NCBI GenBank assembly: GCA_964356225.1
Contig: CAYHGA010000001.1
Location: forward strand, 104,220 to 168,219
Origin: an uncultured Gammaproteobacteria bacterium
GTDB lineage: Bacteria; Patescibacteriota; Microgenomatia; CAZETR01; Amesbacteraceae
DNA length: 64,000 bases
Direction of reading: 5' to 3'
A program made the translations under genes and the position numbers. Below are positions 19,909-29,321 of the stretch, in pieces. Numbering within the stretch: the first letter of the stretch is position 1; the number at the start of each line of letters is the position of its first letter. The notes beneath the pieces were generated by a model. It was not told the DNA's origin and ran no database searches. It saw only the letters and a list, made by a program, of their open reading frames with translations.

Positions 19909-21459
19909 GTGCAATTTAAGCATTTAGCTATTTTGTCATTGATCGCTTTGGGGATTGGGGCGGGGGTGTATGTCAAAAGCAAGCAAGAGCAGGCAAGGCA
20001 AGTATTGCAGGCGTTGCGAGCAAGGCAAACAATAAGTTTATATTGGGGGACGAGCCGATGGGAGATTAAGACGGCTGATATTGGGGTAGAATATGACGCC
20101 CGGGCGGCGCTGACGCTGGACGAGAACCGGCTGACCGAAAGAATGGCCAGTATTTCGGCGCAAGTTAATATTCCGGCCCGGGAACCAGAAGTGAGCATAA
20201 AGTCCGGACAGGTTGAGGTATCTTTGGGGGAAAACGGGCAGGAGATGGATGAAAGAGAGTTGATGCAAAGAATCAGGCGGTTTTTGAATTTGCCAGAGGA
20301 AGCGGGAGTAGAGATGCCGGTAAGAAAATTGCTGCCCAAGATAACTGCGGAACAAGCTGGACAGTTGAAATTGCGGGCAGAAAAATTGGCGGGAAAAACT
20401 ATCATAGTGAAAAATAGTGAGGAAGAATGGAGGATTGGGGCAGAACAAATAATTACCTGGTTGGAAGTAGACGAATGGAAAAAAATGGACATTGAGGGAT
20501 GGGTGGCGACATTGGCAGCCGGCGTAGACCGTTTGCCTCAAAACGCGCATTTCCGATACATAAATGGGCGGGTGGAAGAATTCGCACCTGCTAAAAATGG
20601 AGTGGTGGTGAAGCAAGGGGAACTGGTTAGTTTGTTAGTTGGTTACCTAGTTAGTTTGGAGAATGATGGGCAAAAGGAAATTACAATTGACATCCCGTCT
20701 GTGGCGGCTGAACCGGCGATTAAAACAGGTGAGGTTAACACTTTAGGGATAAAAGAGTTGGTCGGGAGAGGAGAATCTAACTTTGCAGGATCCATTCCGA
20801 ACAGAATATTTAATATTAAAAAAGCGGCGGGGTATATGAATGGAATACTGGTGGGCCCTGGAGAAATTTTTTCATTTAATAAATATGTAGGAGATATTTC
20901 GGCGGCGGGGGGATATCGGCAAGCATATGTAATTAAAGAAGGGCGGACGGTATTGGGAGACGGGGGCGGGGTGTGCCAGGTATCGACGACCTTATTCCGG
21001 GCAATTTTGGCGGCCGGAGTACCGATAGAAGAACGGACGGCGCATGCATACCGGGTGCATTATTATGAGAAAGATAGCCAGCCGGGATTTGACGCTACTA
21101 TTTTTACTCCGGAAGTAGATTTAAAATTCAAAAACGACACTCCGGCATATATTTTAATTCAGACAACGGTAGACGAAGCGCGAAATAAGTTGACATTTGA
21201 ATTGTATGGGGCTGGCGACGGAAGAAAAGTGGAGATTTCGAAATCCAGAGTGTGGGACGTGACTCCCCCACCCCCGGCTCTGTATCAGGATGATCCAACT
21301 TTGTCCAAGGGAGTAGTAAAGCAGGTTGACTGGGCGGCATGGGGAGCTAAGGCGGCGTTTGACTGGAAAGTTACCCGCGGAGCGGACGTGCTGCAGGAAC
21401 GAACGTTTTATTCTAATTACAGACCATGGCAAGCAGTATTTTTAAAAGGAACGAAATAA
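19909..21459 (+). CDS. VanW family protein with PG-binding domains
   Basis: FSFN, GGGVCQVSTTLFRA, ERTAH, DAT, DLKFKN. Confidence 0.92.
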   Translation: MQFKHLAILSLIALGIGAGVYVKSKQEQARQVLQALRARQTISLYWGTSRWEIKTADIGVEYDARAALTLDENRLTERMASISAQVNIPAREPEVSIKSGQVEVSLGENGQEMDERELMQRIRRFLNLPEEAGVEMPVRKLLPKITAEQAGQLKLRAEKLAGKTIIVKNSEEEWRIGAEQIITWLEVDEWKKMDIEGWVATLAAGVDRLPQNAHFRYINGRVEEFAPAKNGVVVKQGELVSLLVGYLVSLENDGQKEITIDIPSVAAEPAIKTGEVNTLGIKELVGRGESNFAGSIPNRIFNIKKAAGYMNGILVGPGEIFSFNKYVGDISAAGGYRQAYVIKEGRTVLGDGGGVCQVSTTLFRAILAAGVPIEERTAHAYRVHYYEKDSQPGFDATIFTPEVDLKFKNDTPAYILIQTTVDEARNKLTFELYGAGDGRKVEISKSRVWDVTPPPPALYQDDPTLSKGVVKQVDWAAWGAKAAFDWKVTRGADVLQERTFYSNYRPWQAVFLKGTK

Positions 21460-21863
21460 AAAAAATCGCCAGAGAAATATTGGCGATGCATCCAGATATA
21501 ATTGCTATGGAGGGGCCGCTGGGAGCGGGAAAGACGACACTTGCTAAAGCAATTGCGAAGGAGCTGGGGATCAAAGACGTGGTGGTGTCCCCTACTTTCG
21601 TACTCAGTGCTCAATACCCAGTACTCAGTACTCAGTTGGATCATATTGACGCGTGGAGAGTTGACAGTTTTGACGAGATTGAAAGGTTGGGGCTGGCCGA
21701 AATGATTAAAAACAATCACCTTGTAATTATTGAGTGGGCGGATAAATTTGCCGAAGAGATCAAGAGATTAAGTAATGAAGATACTAAGATTGTGTGGGTA
21801 AAAATAGAGTACGCCGACAGTGACGACGAAAGGAGGATAACTTATGAAAATATTGGCAATTGA
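21426..21863 (+). CDS. tsaE: t6A biosynthesis ATPase TsaE
   Basis: GPLGAGKTT, SPTF, HIDAWR, IEWA. Confidence 0.95.
   Translation: MASSIFKRNEIKKIAREILAMHPDIIAMEGPLGAGKTTLAKAIAKELGIKDVVVSPTFVLSAQYPVLSTQLDHIDAWRVDSFDEIERLGLAEMIKNNHLVIIEWADKFAEEIKRLSNEDTKIVWVKIEYADSDDERRITYENIGN
21600..21635 (+). repeat. GTACTCA/GTGCTCA array inside tsaE
   Basis: gtactca gtgctca ataccca gtactca gtactca. Confidence 0.85.
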
Positions 21864-22881
21864 GACGAGTTGTGATGAGACGTGTGCGGCCGTGGTTGAA
21901 GGCACAAAAATATTATCTAATGTGGTGTATTCACAAATTGATCTGCATAAAGAATTTGGAGGAGTAGTGCCTTCGGTGGCTAGAAGGGCCCACGAAGAGA
22001 GAATTGGCTTTGTTGTTGATAAAGCCCTCCGAACAGGGTTGCACCTTTCGCTGGCTGATGCCCGCAAAAGGAACAACCCTATTGATGCGGTAGCGGTGAC
22101 GGCGGGACCGGGGTTGGCGATTGCGTTAGAAGTAGGCATTAGACATGCCAAGGATTTGGCTAAGAAATTAGATAAACCACTGATTGCCGTTAATCATATT
22201 GAAGGACATGTGCTTAGCGGGTTAACACCGGAAGTAAAATTTCCTGCTCTGGCTTTGGTAGTTTCTGGAGGACACACGGAACTAATATGGGTTGAGAAAA
22301 ATGGGCAATATAAAATCGTGGCCAGAACGATGGATGACGCGTTGGGAGAAGCGCTGGATAAAGCGGCCAGGATGCTGGGGTTGGGATATCCGGGCGGGGC
22401 AGAACTAGAAAAAAGGGCTGCTTTGGGAAATCCTAAGAAATATCCCCTGCCTTTGCCTATGTCTCGCAGTAAGAAGTTAGCTTTTAGCTATTCGGGACTA
22501 AAAACGGCATTTTTTAGATTGGTAAATAGTGCTCAGTGCTCAGAAATAAGTACTCAGACGATTAATGACTTGGCGGCGGCGTTCCAAAAGAGAGCCTTTG
22601 AACATTTGCTGCGCGTGACCCGCGCAACGCTCAACTCTCAACCCACCATGCCCAATGATTTTCTGGTTGGCGGAGGGGTGGCGGCAAATACTAAGTTGAG
22701 AGAAGAGATTAAGAGATTAAGTGATGAAGTTGGGATAAATGTTTATTTTCCGGCGAAAGGATTGTATGGAGATAACGCGGCCATGATTGGGCTGGCGGCT
22801 GGCTTTAAAGCCCAGCGGGGGGAATTTGCTGACCCGGACAAAATTGACCGGCTTCCCCGTTGGAAAGTGGATGAGAAGTAA
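21844..22881 (+). CDS. tsaD: t6A synthase TsaD
   Basis: LAIETSCDET, GGVVP, NHIEGH, SGGHT, FSYSGLKT, DNAAMI. Confidence 0.97.
   Translation: MKILAIETSCDETCAAVVEGTKILSNVVYSQIDLHKEFGGVVPSVARRAHEERIGFVVDKALRTGLHLSLADARKRNNPIDAVAVTAGPGLAIALEVGIRHAKDLAKKLDKPLIAVNHIEGHVLSGLTPEVKFPALALVVSGGHTELIWVEKNGQYKIVARTMDDALGEALDKAARMLGLGYPGGAELEKRAALGNPKKYPLPLPMSRSKKLAFSYSGLKTAFFRLVNSAQCSEISTQTINDLAAAFQKRAFEHLLRVTRATLNSQPTMPNDFLVGGGVAANTKLREEIKRLSDEVGINVYFPAKGLYGDNAAMIGLAAGFKAQRGEFADPDKIDRLPRWKVDEK
22035..22080. repeat. REP-like inverted repeat inside tsaD
   Basis: agggttgcaccttt / aaaggaacaaccct, 12 of 14 pairs, 18-nt spacer. Confidence 0.6.
22528..22557 (+). repeat. AGTGCTC array inside tsaD
   Basis: agtgctc agtgctc agaaata agtactc ag. 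Confidence 0.8.
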
Positions 22882-22895
22882 AGTAAAATTGCCTC

Positions 22896-24860
22896 GTGGA
22901 CAAAAATTACGATCATCTGAAATATGAAAAGGAGATTTACAAGAGGTGGGAGGAAAGTGGGGCGTTTCAACCTACGGGAGAAGGAAAACCTTTCATTATT
23001 GTTATGCCGCCACCGAATGCGAATGATAATTTGCATATTGGCCACGCCAGATTTGTAGCTATTGAAGACATTTTGATCCGTTATCACAGAATGAAGGGTG
23101 ACTCTACACTATGGCTGCCGGGGGCGGACCACGCTGGAATCGAAACTCAATTTGTGTTTGAAAAAAAACTTAAGGAACAAGGCAAAAGTCGGTTTGATTA
23201 TGATCGGGAAACTTTATATCAAATGCTGTGGGACTATGTACAGAAAAATAAATCTAACATGGAAGACCAATTAAGAGCGTTAGGAGCCAGTTGTGATTGG
23301 AGCCGAAATAAATTTACCCTTGACCCAGACATTATAAAAATTGTTTATCAAACTTTCGAAAAATTGCAGAAAGATGGTTTGGTGTATAAAGGAGAAAGGC
23401 TAGTTAACTATTGTACGGTGTGCGGAACGGGATATTCGGAACTGGAAGTGGATCGGATAGAAAGAGTCGACCCGCTTTATTACATAAGATATGCCGAAGA
23501 TGTAGTTGTGGCAACGACTAGGCCGGAGCCGATTTGGGCTGACACCCATCTGGCAGTGAATCCTAAAGACAAAAAACATAAATATTTAATCGGTAAAAAA
23601 ATACTCAATCCCCTAACGGGTAAAGATATGGAAATTATCGGAGACGAGATGGTGGACCCAGACTTTGGAACCGGGATTGTAAAATTAACACCTGCTCATG
23701 ATTTTGCCGATTTCGAAGCGGCGCAAAGACATGGTTTGCCGTTAGTGCGGGCGATTGATGAAACAGGAAAAGATATCCGGACGGGAATGAGAGTTAAGAT
23801 GGCCCGCTTAAAAACGGTTGAAGAATTGAGAGAAAAAGGGGCCATTGAGAGAGTAGATGAAAATTATAAACATGTGATTGGGGTATGTTACCGGTGTAAA
23901 AATGTGATCGAACCGATGCCGAGCAAACAATGGTTTGTGAAAGTGGCCCCGTTGGTAAAACTGACGAAGGAAGCTGTGAAATCGGGCAAAACAAAATTCC
24001 CGGCAAAACGTTATGAGAAAATATATATGCATTGGCTGGAAAACTTAAGAGACTGGAATATTTCCAGACAAATTGTGTGGGGTATAAAAATTCCAATCGA
24101 GGGAGAAACGGACACTTTTGATACCTGGTTTTCTTCCGGCCAATGGCCCTTCGCTACTCTTATGGCAAATCAACCGGGAGATTTTGAAAAGTTTTACCCT
24201 ACAACAGTTGTGAATACGGGATATGACATACTCCCCTTCTGGGTAATGCGGATGATGATGTTGGGATTGTACGTCACCGGTGAAGTTCCATTTGAAACGG
24301 TTTTAATTCATGGATTAGTTAGGGATAAAGAGGGACAAAAGATTTCCAAGTCTAAAGGAAACGTGATTGATCCGATCACCATGACGGATAGGTACGGGGC
24401 GGATGCGTTGAGAATGGCCCTGGTGTGGGGAGCGAATGTGGATAATGATATTTCTTTGTCTGAAAATAATGTCCGGGGAATGAGAAATTTGGCTAATAAA
24501 ATTTGGAATGCGGCACGCTTTGTTCAACAAAGCGAATTCAAAAGTCAAAAATCAAAAGTCAAAATTGATATTGAATTAAACAAGATAACGAAACTTGTGA
24601 CGAATCATCTAGAAAAGTTTAGGTTAAATCAGGCTGCGGAATTAATTTACGACAAGTTTTGGCATTGGTACTGCGATGAAATTATTGAGAAGGCCAAAAA
24701 TGGAAAAGTGAGAAAAGAAGACTTGAGATATGGGTTGGAAGTCTTTCTGAAACTACTGCACCCGTTTATGCCGTTTGTGACGGAGGCGGTGTGGCGGGAG
24801 TTGGGGTTTCGGGAGCAGCTGATTCTTCAGCCTTGGCCGGGGCTTCAGCCTCGGGAGTAG
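22896..24860 (+). CDS. valS: Valine--tRNA ligase (compact)
   Basis: PPPN..LHIGH, DHAGIETQ, DWNISRQ, DTWFSS, KISKS. Confidence 0.96.
   Translation: MDKNYDHLKYEKEIYKRWEESGAFQPTGEGKPFIIVMPPPNANDNLHIGHARFVAIEDILIRYHRMKGDSTLWLPGADHAGIETQFVFEKKLKEQGKSRFDYDRETLYQMLWDYVQKNKSNMEDQLRALGASCDWSRNKFTLDPDIIKIVYQTFEKLQKDGLVYKGERLVNYCTVCGTGYSELEVDRIERVDPLYYIRYAEDVVVATTRPEPIWADTHLAVNPKDKKHKYLIGKKILNPLTGKDMEIIGDEMVDPDFGTGIVKLTPAHDFADFEAAQRHGLPLVRAIDETGKDIRTGMRVKMARLKTVEELREKGAIERVDENYKHVIGVCYRCKNVIEPMPSKQWFVKVAPLVKLTKEAVKSGKTKFPAKRYEKIYMHWLENLRDWNISRQIVWGIKIPIEGETDTFDTWFSSGQWPFATLMANQPGDFEKFYPTTVVNTGYDILPFWVMRMMMLGLYVTGEVPFETVLIHGLVRDKEGQKISKSKGNVIDPITMTDRYGADALRMALVWGANVDNDISLSENNVRGMRNLANKIWNAARFVQQSEFKSQKSKVKIDIELNKITKLVTNHLEKFRLNQAAELIYDKFWHWYCDEIIEKAKNGKVRKEDLRYGLEVFLKLLHPFMPFVTEAVWRELGFREQLILQPWPGLQPRE
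24535..24566 (+). repeat. AAGTCAA array inside valS
   Basis: aattcaa aagtcaa aaatcaa aagtcaa. Confidence 0.8.
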
Positions 24861-25455
24861 GAGCTGCGGCGGGAACTTCTTTGGGTTCTTCTTTAGCCAG
24901 AGGTTCAATCTTTACAACAATGGCTTCGGGGTCGGACTTGACGGTCAGTTTGTCAGACAACTGGATATCCTTGATCTGGAGAGTATCTCCTTCTGCGGCC
25001 AAGGATTCGATAGATATTTCAACTGATTCTGGCATATCCGCAGGTAAGGCTTCGATTTCTAGTTCGCTAAGCTGTTGAACCAAAATCCCCTGTTTCTCTT
25101 TTTCAGCCGGAGCCTCTCCGATGAGCTTTATAACTACCGGAGCGGTAGTTTTTTCTTTGAGGTTAACCTGGTGAAAATCGACGTGAAGAATTTGGTCTGT
25201 GACGGGATGAAGGGCTACGTCGTGAACCATGACGGGGCGGTTTTCTTTTTCTCCCTCAACTGTTAAGTAAATGAGGGTGGACTCCCCTACTTCTTTATAG
25301 AGCTTGGTGAAATCAACCGTCTTTATTTGAAGAGAGAGAGATTTTAAATCCTTGCCAAAAACGTTTGCGGGGATAAATCCCTGAGTACGCAGGGACTTGA
25401 TCTTGCGACCAGTTATCTTACGAGGTTCGACTTTTAGGGTGTGTTTAGTTGACAT
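24766..25455 (-). CDS. rplY: 50S ribosomal protein L25/Ctc
   Basis: IPANVFG, HPVTDQILHVDF, LPADMPE. Confidence 0.95.
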   Translation of the reverse strand: MSTKHTLKVEPRKITGRKIKSLRTQGFIPANVFGKDLKSLSLQIKTVDFTKLYKEVGESTLIYLTVEGEKENRPVMVHDVALHPVTDQILHVDFHQVNLKEKTTAPVVIKLIGEAPAEKEKQGILVQQLSELEIEALPADMPESVEISIESLAAEGDTLQIKDIQLSDKLTVKSDPEAIVVKIEPLAKEEPKEVPAAAPTPEAEAPAKAEESAAPETPTPATPPPSQTA

Positions 25456-27526
25456 TTAGTACTCCTTGGGCAAAGTCTACGTCGAAATGCAAATAGTGCG
25501 ACAGGCGTTCATTATACTGGAGCCGGCCGGCAGAGGCAAGGGCGGGTGTGGTGATGGTAGTGGCAAACCACCATTTGGGATAAGTAACCGTGACTGAAAG
25601 TGGATATGGCAACTGGCCGGGTTGATTGGGAATATCCAGTTGATAGTGAAAACGAGAAGGGGCGACGAGCGGCTGGTGCCAACGAACAACAAGTTGGGCG
25701 ATGGTGGCGGGTGGAGTGTCAACGAGAACCCCCAATACTGTCAGGCCGTGCTCTGTGGTAACGTGATAAGCGGCAACAGGTTGGTCATTAATTGTAACTG
25801 CGTCAGGTAGGGACTGGGGGGAGAGATATAAGCGAATATAATTTTTGTTGTGCCCGGAAGGCCAATTAGTTTGGGAAGAGGTGTGGGTAAAATTAGCTTG
25901 GTATTGAAAGTCCGCCCTGGAGGTATTAAGTTGAATTGCCAGCTGGGCTGTGGGTTGAATAGAAACATTAGTTTTGTTGATGCCAACGTTACTACTGACA
26001 GCATAGAAATATAATTCCAAACAAGGGAGCGAGGAACGGCAAGGGGGAGGTGCGACTCCCCCATCCCACACAGTAGAGGTGATAAAGGTTTGACGGGATT
26101 CAAGAGAGTTGATCATTACTCCAATTGCGGTAGACAGTTGGCTTAAATTTAGGGAGCGAAGCTGGTCGAAGAAATGTTGATAAAAAATAGTTAGAAAATC
26201 CGGGTGGGCTAGATATTGAGAAAAAAAGTTTTGTTTAGTAACTGTGAGATTAAGCTCTGAAAGCCGGAGAGGGCCGACTTCGGAAAGGAGTTCAACCAAA
26301 GTTCCCAAGTGAACACTGGCAACCCGATCCGGAGTAAGAGAGAGCTCTTTGTTAACAAACCAAATTGCGCGGGCAGCGGAAGAAGGAAAATCCGGATCCC
26401 AATTTGAGTCACGGAGAAACCAGGTTGACTCCCCCATTGCTCTGGCCAGGTCTGCGGGGGGAGAAATTTGACCACGCAGTTGGCTGTCGGTGGCAGCGGT
26501 GTCGTAAATTTGAATGTTAGTTAGACGACCACTGTCTATATTTAGGAGCGCGAAGTGACTGAGGAACCCACCTGTGGAACGTAATTCAGTGGGATCTTGC
26601 AGTAATAAAAGAACGGTGCTTTTACCATTTAACGACAAAAGGTCCGGCAATGAAGAGACGAGGGGAGAAATTTTTTGGGTAAAAATCCGGGCGGTGTTTA
26701 CACGGGCCAGAAGAGGACCCAGACGAGGAAGTGATTGGAGACTAGCCTGAAGAAAGGCCAGGGAGTCTGTGAGACGAGACAACGTAAAAGCCAATTCAGC
26801 TACGTCTGAAGACGGGGGTTGGCCATGACCAAAAAACGATTGGAGATATGGAAGTGAACGAGAGGCGAATTGGTTGGCAAGAATTAAGGTGTCAGATAAT
26901 TGATGAGAGACAACTAAATACGGTGAAATTTGTGGAGACAAGCGTAAAAGTCCGGATGATAATTTTGCACAAGTAAGCGATGTGGAGAAATTTCCGCGCA
27001 GGAATTGAGACGCCGAGCAGCGGAGAAGGCTGTAGAGAACAAGGGGGTACAAGAGAATAAGAACAAAGGCTAAGAGGGGAACGGTCGACCTGGCTTTGGC
27101 GATGTGTTTGGGCGGGGGCTGATAGTAAGGAAGAAAAGAGCGGATAACTTCCGCAGCCGCGGACGAATCGTCTAAGCCGGCAGGAATTTCTAGAATCCGG
27201 TAGTCTAAATGAAAGTTGCGGCTAAATTGAGTGACTAAGGAAACGGCTCCTTCTTGAAGTGGGGTTGTATTTTGATTTACGACGAGAAGAAGTTTTGCTT
27301 GTTGCTGTAGTGTTTGATCTAGGTGGGCATGAAGATGGCCAAGAGGTGTGGAGCTGGTTAGATAAATAATTATATTGGCTGGTTTTGTATCTTGGGTGGA
27401 GATTGTCTCGATCTCTGGCAGTGTCTGTAACTGGGAAATGATTTCCGCAGACAGAGGGAGATGGGGGTGGGTAACCAGAATCCGGGTACGGGCAGATGTT
27501 TGTTCGATTAATAGTCTAAGTGACAT
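25445..27526 (-). CDS. DUF4012-domain membrane protein
   Basis: LLQDPTELRSTGGF, LRDSNWDPDFP, NVGINK. Confidence 0.8.
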   Translation of the reverse strand: MSLRLLIEQTSARTRILVTHPHLPLSAEIISQLQTLPEIETISTQDTKPANIIIYLTSSTPLGHLHAHLDQTLQQQAKLLLVVNQNTTPLQEGAVSLVTQFSRNFHLDYRILEIPAGLDDSSAAAEVIRSFLPYYQPPPKHIAKARSTVPLLAFVLILLYPLVLYSLLRCSASQFLRGNFSTSLTCAKLSSGLLRLSPQISPYLVVSHQLSDTLILANQFASRSLPYLQSFFGHGQPPSSDVAELAFTLSRLTDSLAFLQASLQSLPRLGPLLARVNTARIFTQKISPLVSSLPDLLSLNGKSTVLLLLQDPTELRSTGGFLSHFALLNIDSGRLTNIQIYDTAATDSQLRGQISPPADLARAMGESTWFLRDSNWDPDFPSSAARAIWFVNKELSLTPDRVASVHLGTLVELLSEVGPLRLSELNLTVTKQNFFSQYLAHPDFLTIFYQHFFDQLRSLNLSQLSTAIGVMINSLESRQTFITSTVWDGGVAPPPCRSSLPCLELYFYAVSSNVGINKTNVSIQPTAQLAIQLNTSRADFQYQANFTHTSSQTNWPSGHNKNYIRLYLSPQSLPDAVTINDQPVAAYHVTTEHGLTVLGVLVDTPPATIAQLVVRWHQPLVAPSRFHYQLDIPNQPGQLPYPLSVTVTYPKWWFATTITTPALASAGRLQYNERLSHYLHFDVDFAQGVLNVN

Positions 27527-27612
27527 ATGACTAATTCTAATTATTGATTTTCAAATCATATTTATCAATGACCCTTTGCGGAAAACCTATAGCTAATTTG
27601 GGAGTATAACAA

Positions 27613-27712
27613 TGCGGAGTACATACAATTGTTCACGTGCGTGGTTGATAATTTATTTATGCTTGGTTGTTTGTACTTTTTGTATGTACATAAAAAACGT
27701 GAAACCTCCGCA
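27613..27712 (+). ncRNA. Candidate structured RNA of unknown family
   Basis: tgcggag/ctccgca closing stem, 10-bp gtacatacaa/ttgtatgtac stem, alternative ttcacgt/acgtgaa; strand uncertain. Confidence 0.3.
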
Positions 27713-27775
27713 CGCGCCGAATTTTAAATTTTTAATTTTTAATTTTAAGTTCTGTCCTGTAGTTTTGAAGAGAAG

Positions 27776-28183
27776 TTATGAGATTTTATCAAGAGTCTGG
27801 TTGACAAGATGGTCGGCGGCGGAATTTTGCTCCCGAGGTATGTATGTAAAATTTTTAATTTTTAATTTATAATTTTTAATTAATTCTTTAATTTCTAAAT
27901 TTTTAATTTTTAGACCTGGGTCTTTGATTTTGAATAGGCCTTTAAGCTGGCTAACAACAAGCTGAGAATCTAGATAATAGTTCACGGTTATTGGTTCATG
28001 GTTCATGGCAGACAACCACTTAAGAGACTCGATGACGGCTTGGTATTCGGCCTGGTTGTTGGTAGCAATTCCTAAATAAAAACCTTGTTGGTGAATTAGG
28101 CGGCCAGAATCATCTGTGGCTACAAAGGCGCAAGCGGCTGGTCCGGGATTACCTCTGGCTCCCCCATCGGTATGAATAAGCAT
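27776..28183 (-). CDS. rnhA: Ribonuclease HI family protein
   Basis: HTDGGARGNPGPA, TNNQAEY, DSQLV, PREQNSAAD. Confidence 0.93.
   Translation of the reverse strand: MLIHTDGGARGNPGPAACAFVATDDSGRLIHQQGFYLGIATNNQAEYQAVIESLKWLSAMNHEPITVNYYLDSQLVVSQLKGLFKIKDPGLKIKNLEIKELIKNYKLKIKNFTYIPREQNSAADHLVNQTLDKIS
27850..27913 (+). repeat. AATTTTT module inside RNase HI
   Basis: Encodes LKIKNLEIKELIKNYKLKIKN; another array at 27720-27751 and a GTTCATG array at 27980-28008. Confidence 0.85.
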
Positions 28184-29321
28184 AGGCCATAAGTATAACT
28201 AATAATAAAATGTTTTGGTGAAGAGTGAGCCAGTAGTGATCGGCGGCGCCGGTGATCGCGATCACGGCGGCCGCAGTTATTAGTTCATAGTTCATAGTTC
28301 GTAGCCATTTTTTACTATGAACCAATAACCAATAACCAATAACTGCCGTGGCGGGAAGGCCGAGCTCGGATGCGATGAGAAGATAAATATTATGAACGGG
28401 CTGATATAAATAGTTATTAGTTATTAGTTCATGGTTCATAGTAGCCGGAATAAAGTTGCCTAGACCGACTCCCAGAATGGGATACTTTTGAACTAATACT
28501 AGTGAATTATGAATTAACGAGAAACGACCGGGGAGAGATTCTATAGAACCTGTGATAGAAACTAGAAAATAGATACTGGAAAACAGGAGGAGCAAACCAG
28601 TGACAATTTTTAATTTTAAGTTTTTAATATCGACTTCGTCGCGCTTCGCGAGTAATAAAATCCAAATGCCTAAAATTAAAATTTCCAAAACGATGGCTGT
28701 GCGGGAGAAAGTAAGCGGGATCGTTAAAAAGGCGGCGAGAAGGGCTGGAGTGATCCGGCGATTTAATGAATAAAGTATTAAGCCAGCGACCAACAAGAAG
28801 CCGGCCAGGGCGTTGGGGTGGGGGGATGTAGCATAGGGGCGCATAAGCAAGTGACCAAAAAAGGAAATTTTGGCGATGAGAAGAGTGGAGACGGAGAGAG
28901 GTCGTTCTCCGAGCCAATACCAAAATCCACCTACAGATCTCTGAAGAATAAATTGCCACCAGGCGAGGATGCTTGTCCACAAAGTGGACAGCGCAAGTGC
29001 ATAGTTCATAGTTCGTCGTTCATAGTAGCTGATCAAATATTTAAAGAGCCAGAAGTATTCGAGGACACGGAGCCACTTATAGATAGTTAATAAAGGAAAC
29101 GAAGAGATTAAGAGATTAAGGACGACGAAGATGATTACCGGAAGAGGGACGCGGACGCGGAGACGAGAAGTAAGAAATAATCCAATGATAATTAGGTCGG
29201 TGAGATAAAGAGTGGGGGAGAGATAGTCGACGCGAATGCCGTTAATAAGTGACCAGGACGGCCAAAAATGAAAAGCGATTTGGGAGGGGAGAAGTAGAAA
29301 TAATAATATTAAAAAGATCAC
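28149..29321 (-). CDS. O-antigen ligase (Wzy_C)-like membrane protein
   Basis: RPYATSPHPNALAG, TFSRTA, GVGLGNF, PVHNIY. Confidence 0.85.
   Translation of the reverse strand: MIFLILLFLLLPSQIAFHFWPSWSLINGIRVDYLSPTLYLTDLIIIGLFLTSRLRVRVPLPVIIFVVLNLLISSFPLLTIYKWLRVLEYFWLFKYLISYYERRTMNYALALSTLWTSILAWWQFILQRSVGGFWYWLGERPLSVSTLLIAKISFFGHLLMRPYATSPHPNALAGFLLVAGLILYSLNRRITPALLAAFLTIPLTFSRTAIVLEILILGIWILLLAKRDEVDIKNLKLKIVTGLLLLFSSIYFLVSITGSIESLPGRFSLIHNSLVLVQKYPILGVGLGNFIPATMNHELITNNYLYQPVHNIYLLIASELGLPATAVIGYWLLVHSKKWLRTMNYELITAAAVIAITGAADHYWLTLHQNILLLVILMAYAYSYRWGSQR
28276..28344. repeat. Inverted pair of GTTCATA/GTTATTG arrays
   Basis: gttatta gttcata gttcata gttcgta - 10 nt - ctatgaa ccaataa ccaataa ccaataa. 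Confidence 0.85.
28605..28651 (+). repeat. AATTTTT array plus TCGCGCTTCGCGA hairpin
   Basis: Matches 5355-5404. Confidence 0.85.

Noticed and set aside
27612-27872. 86-aa + strand ORF
   Set aside because: It runs through repeat arrays and overlaps RNase HI antisense; no protein-like motif.
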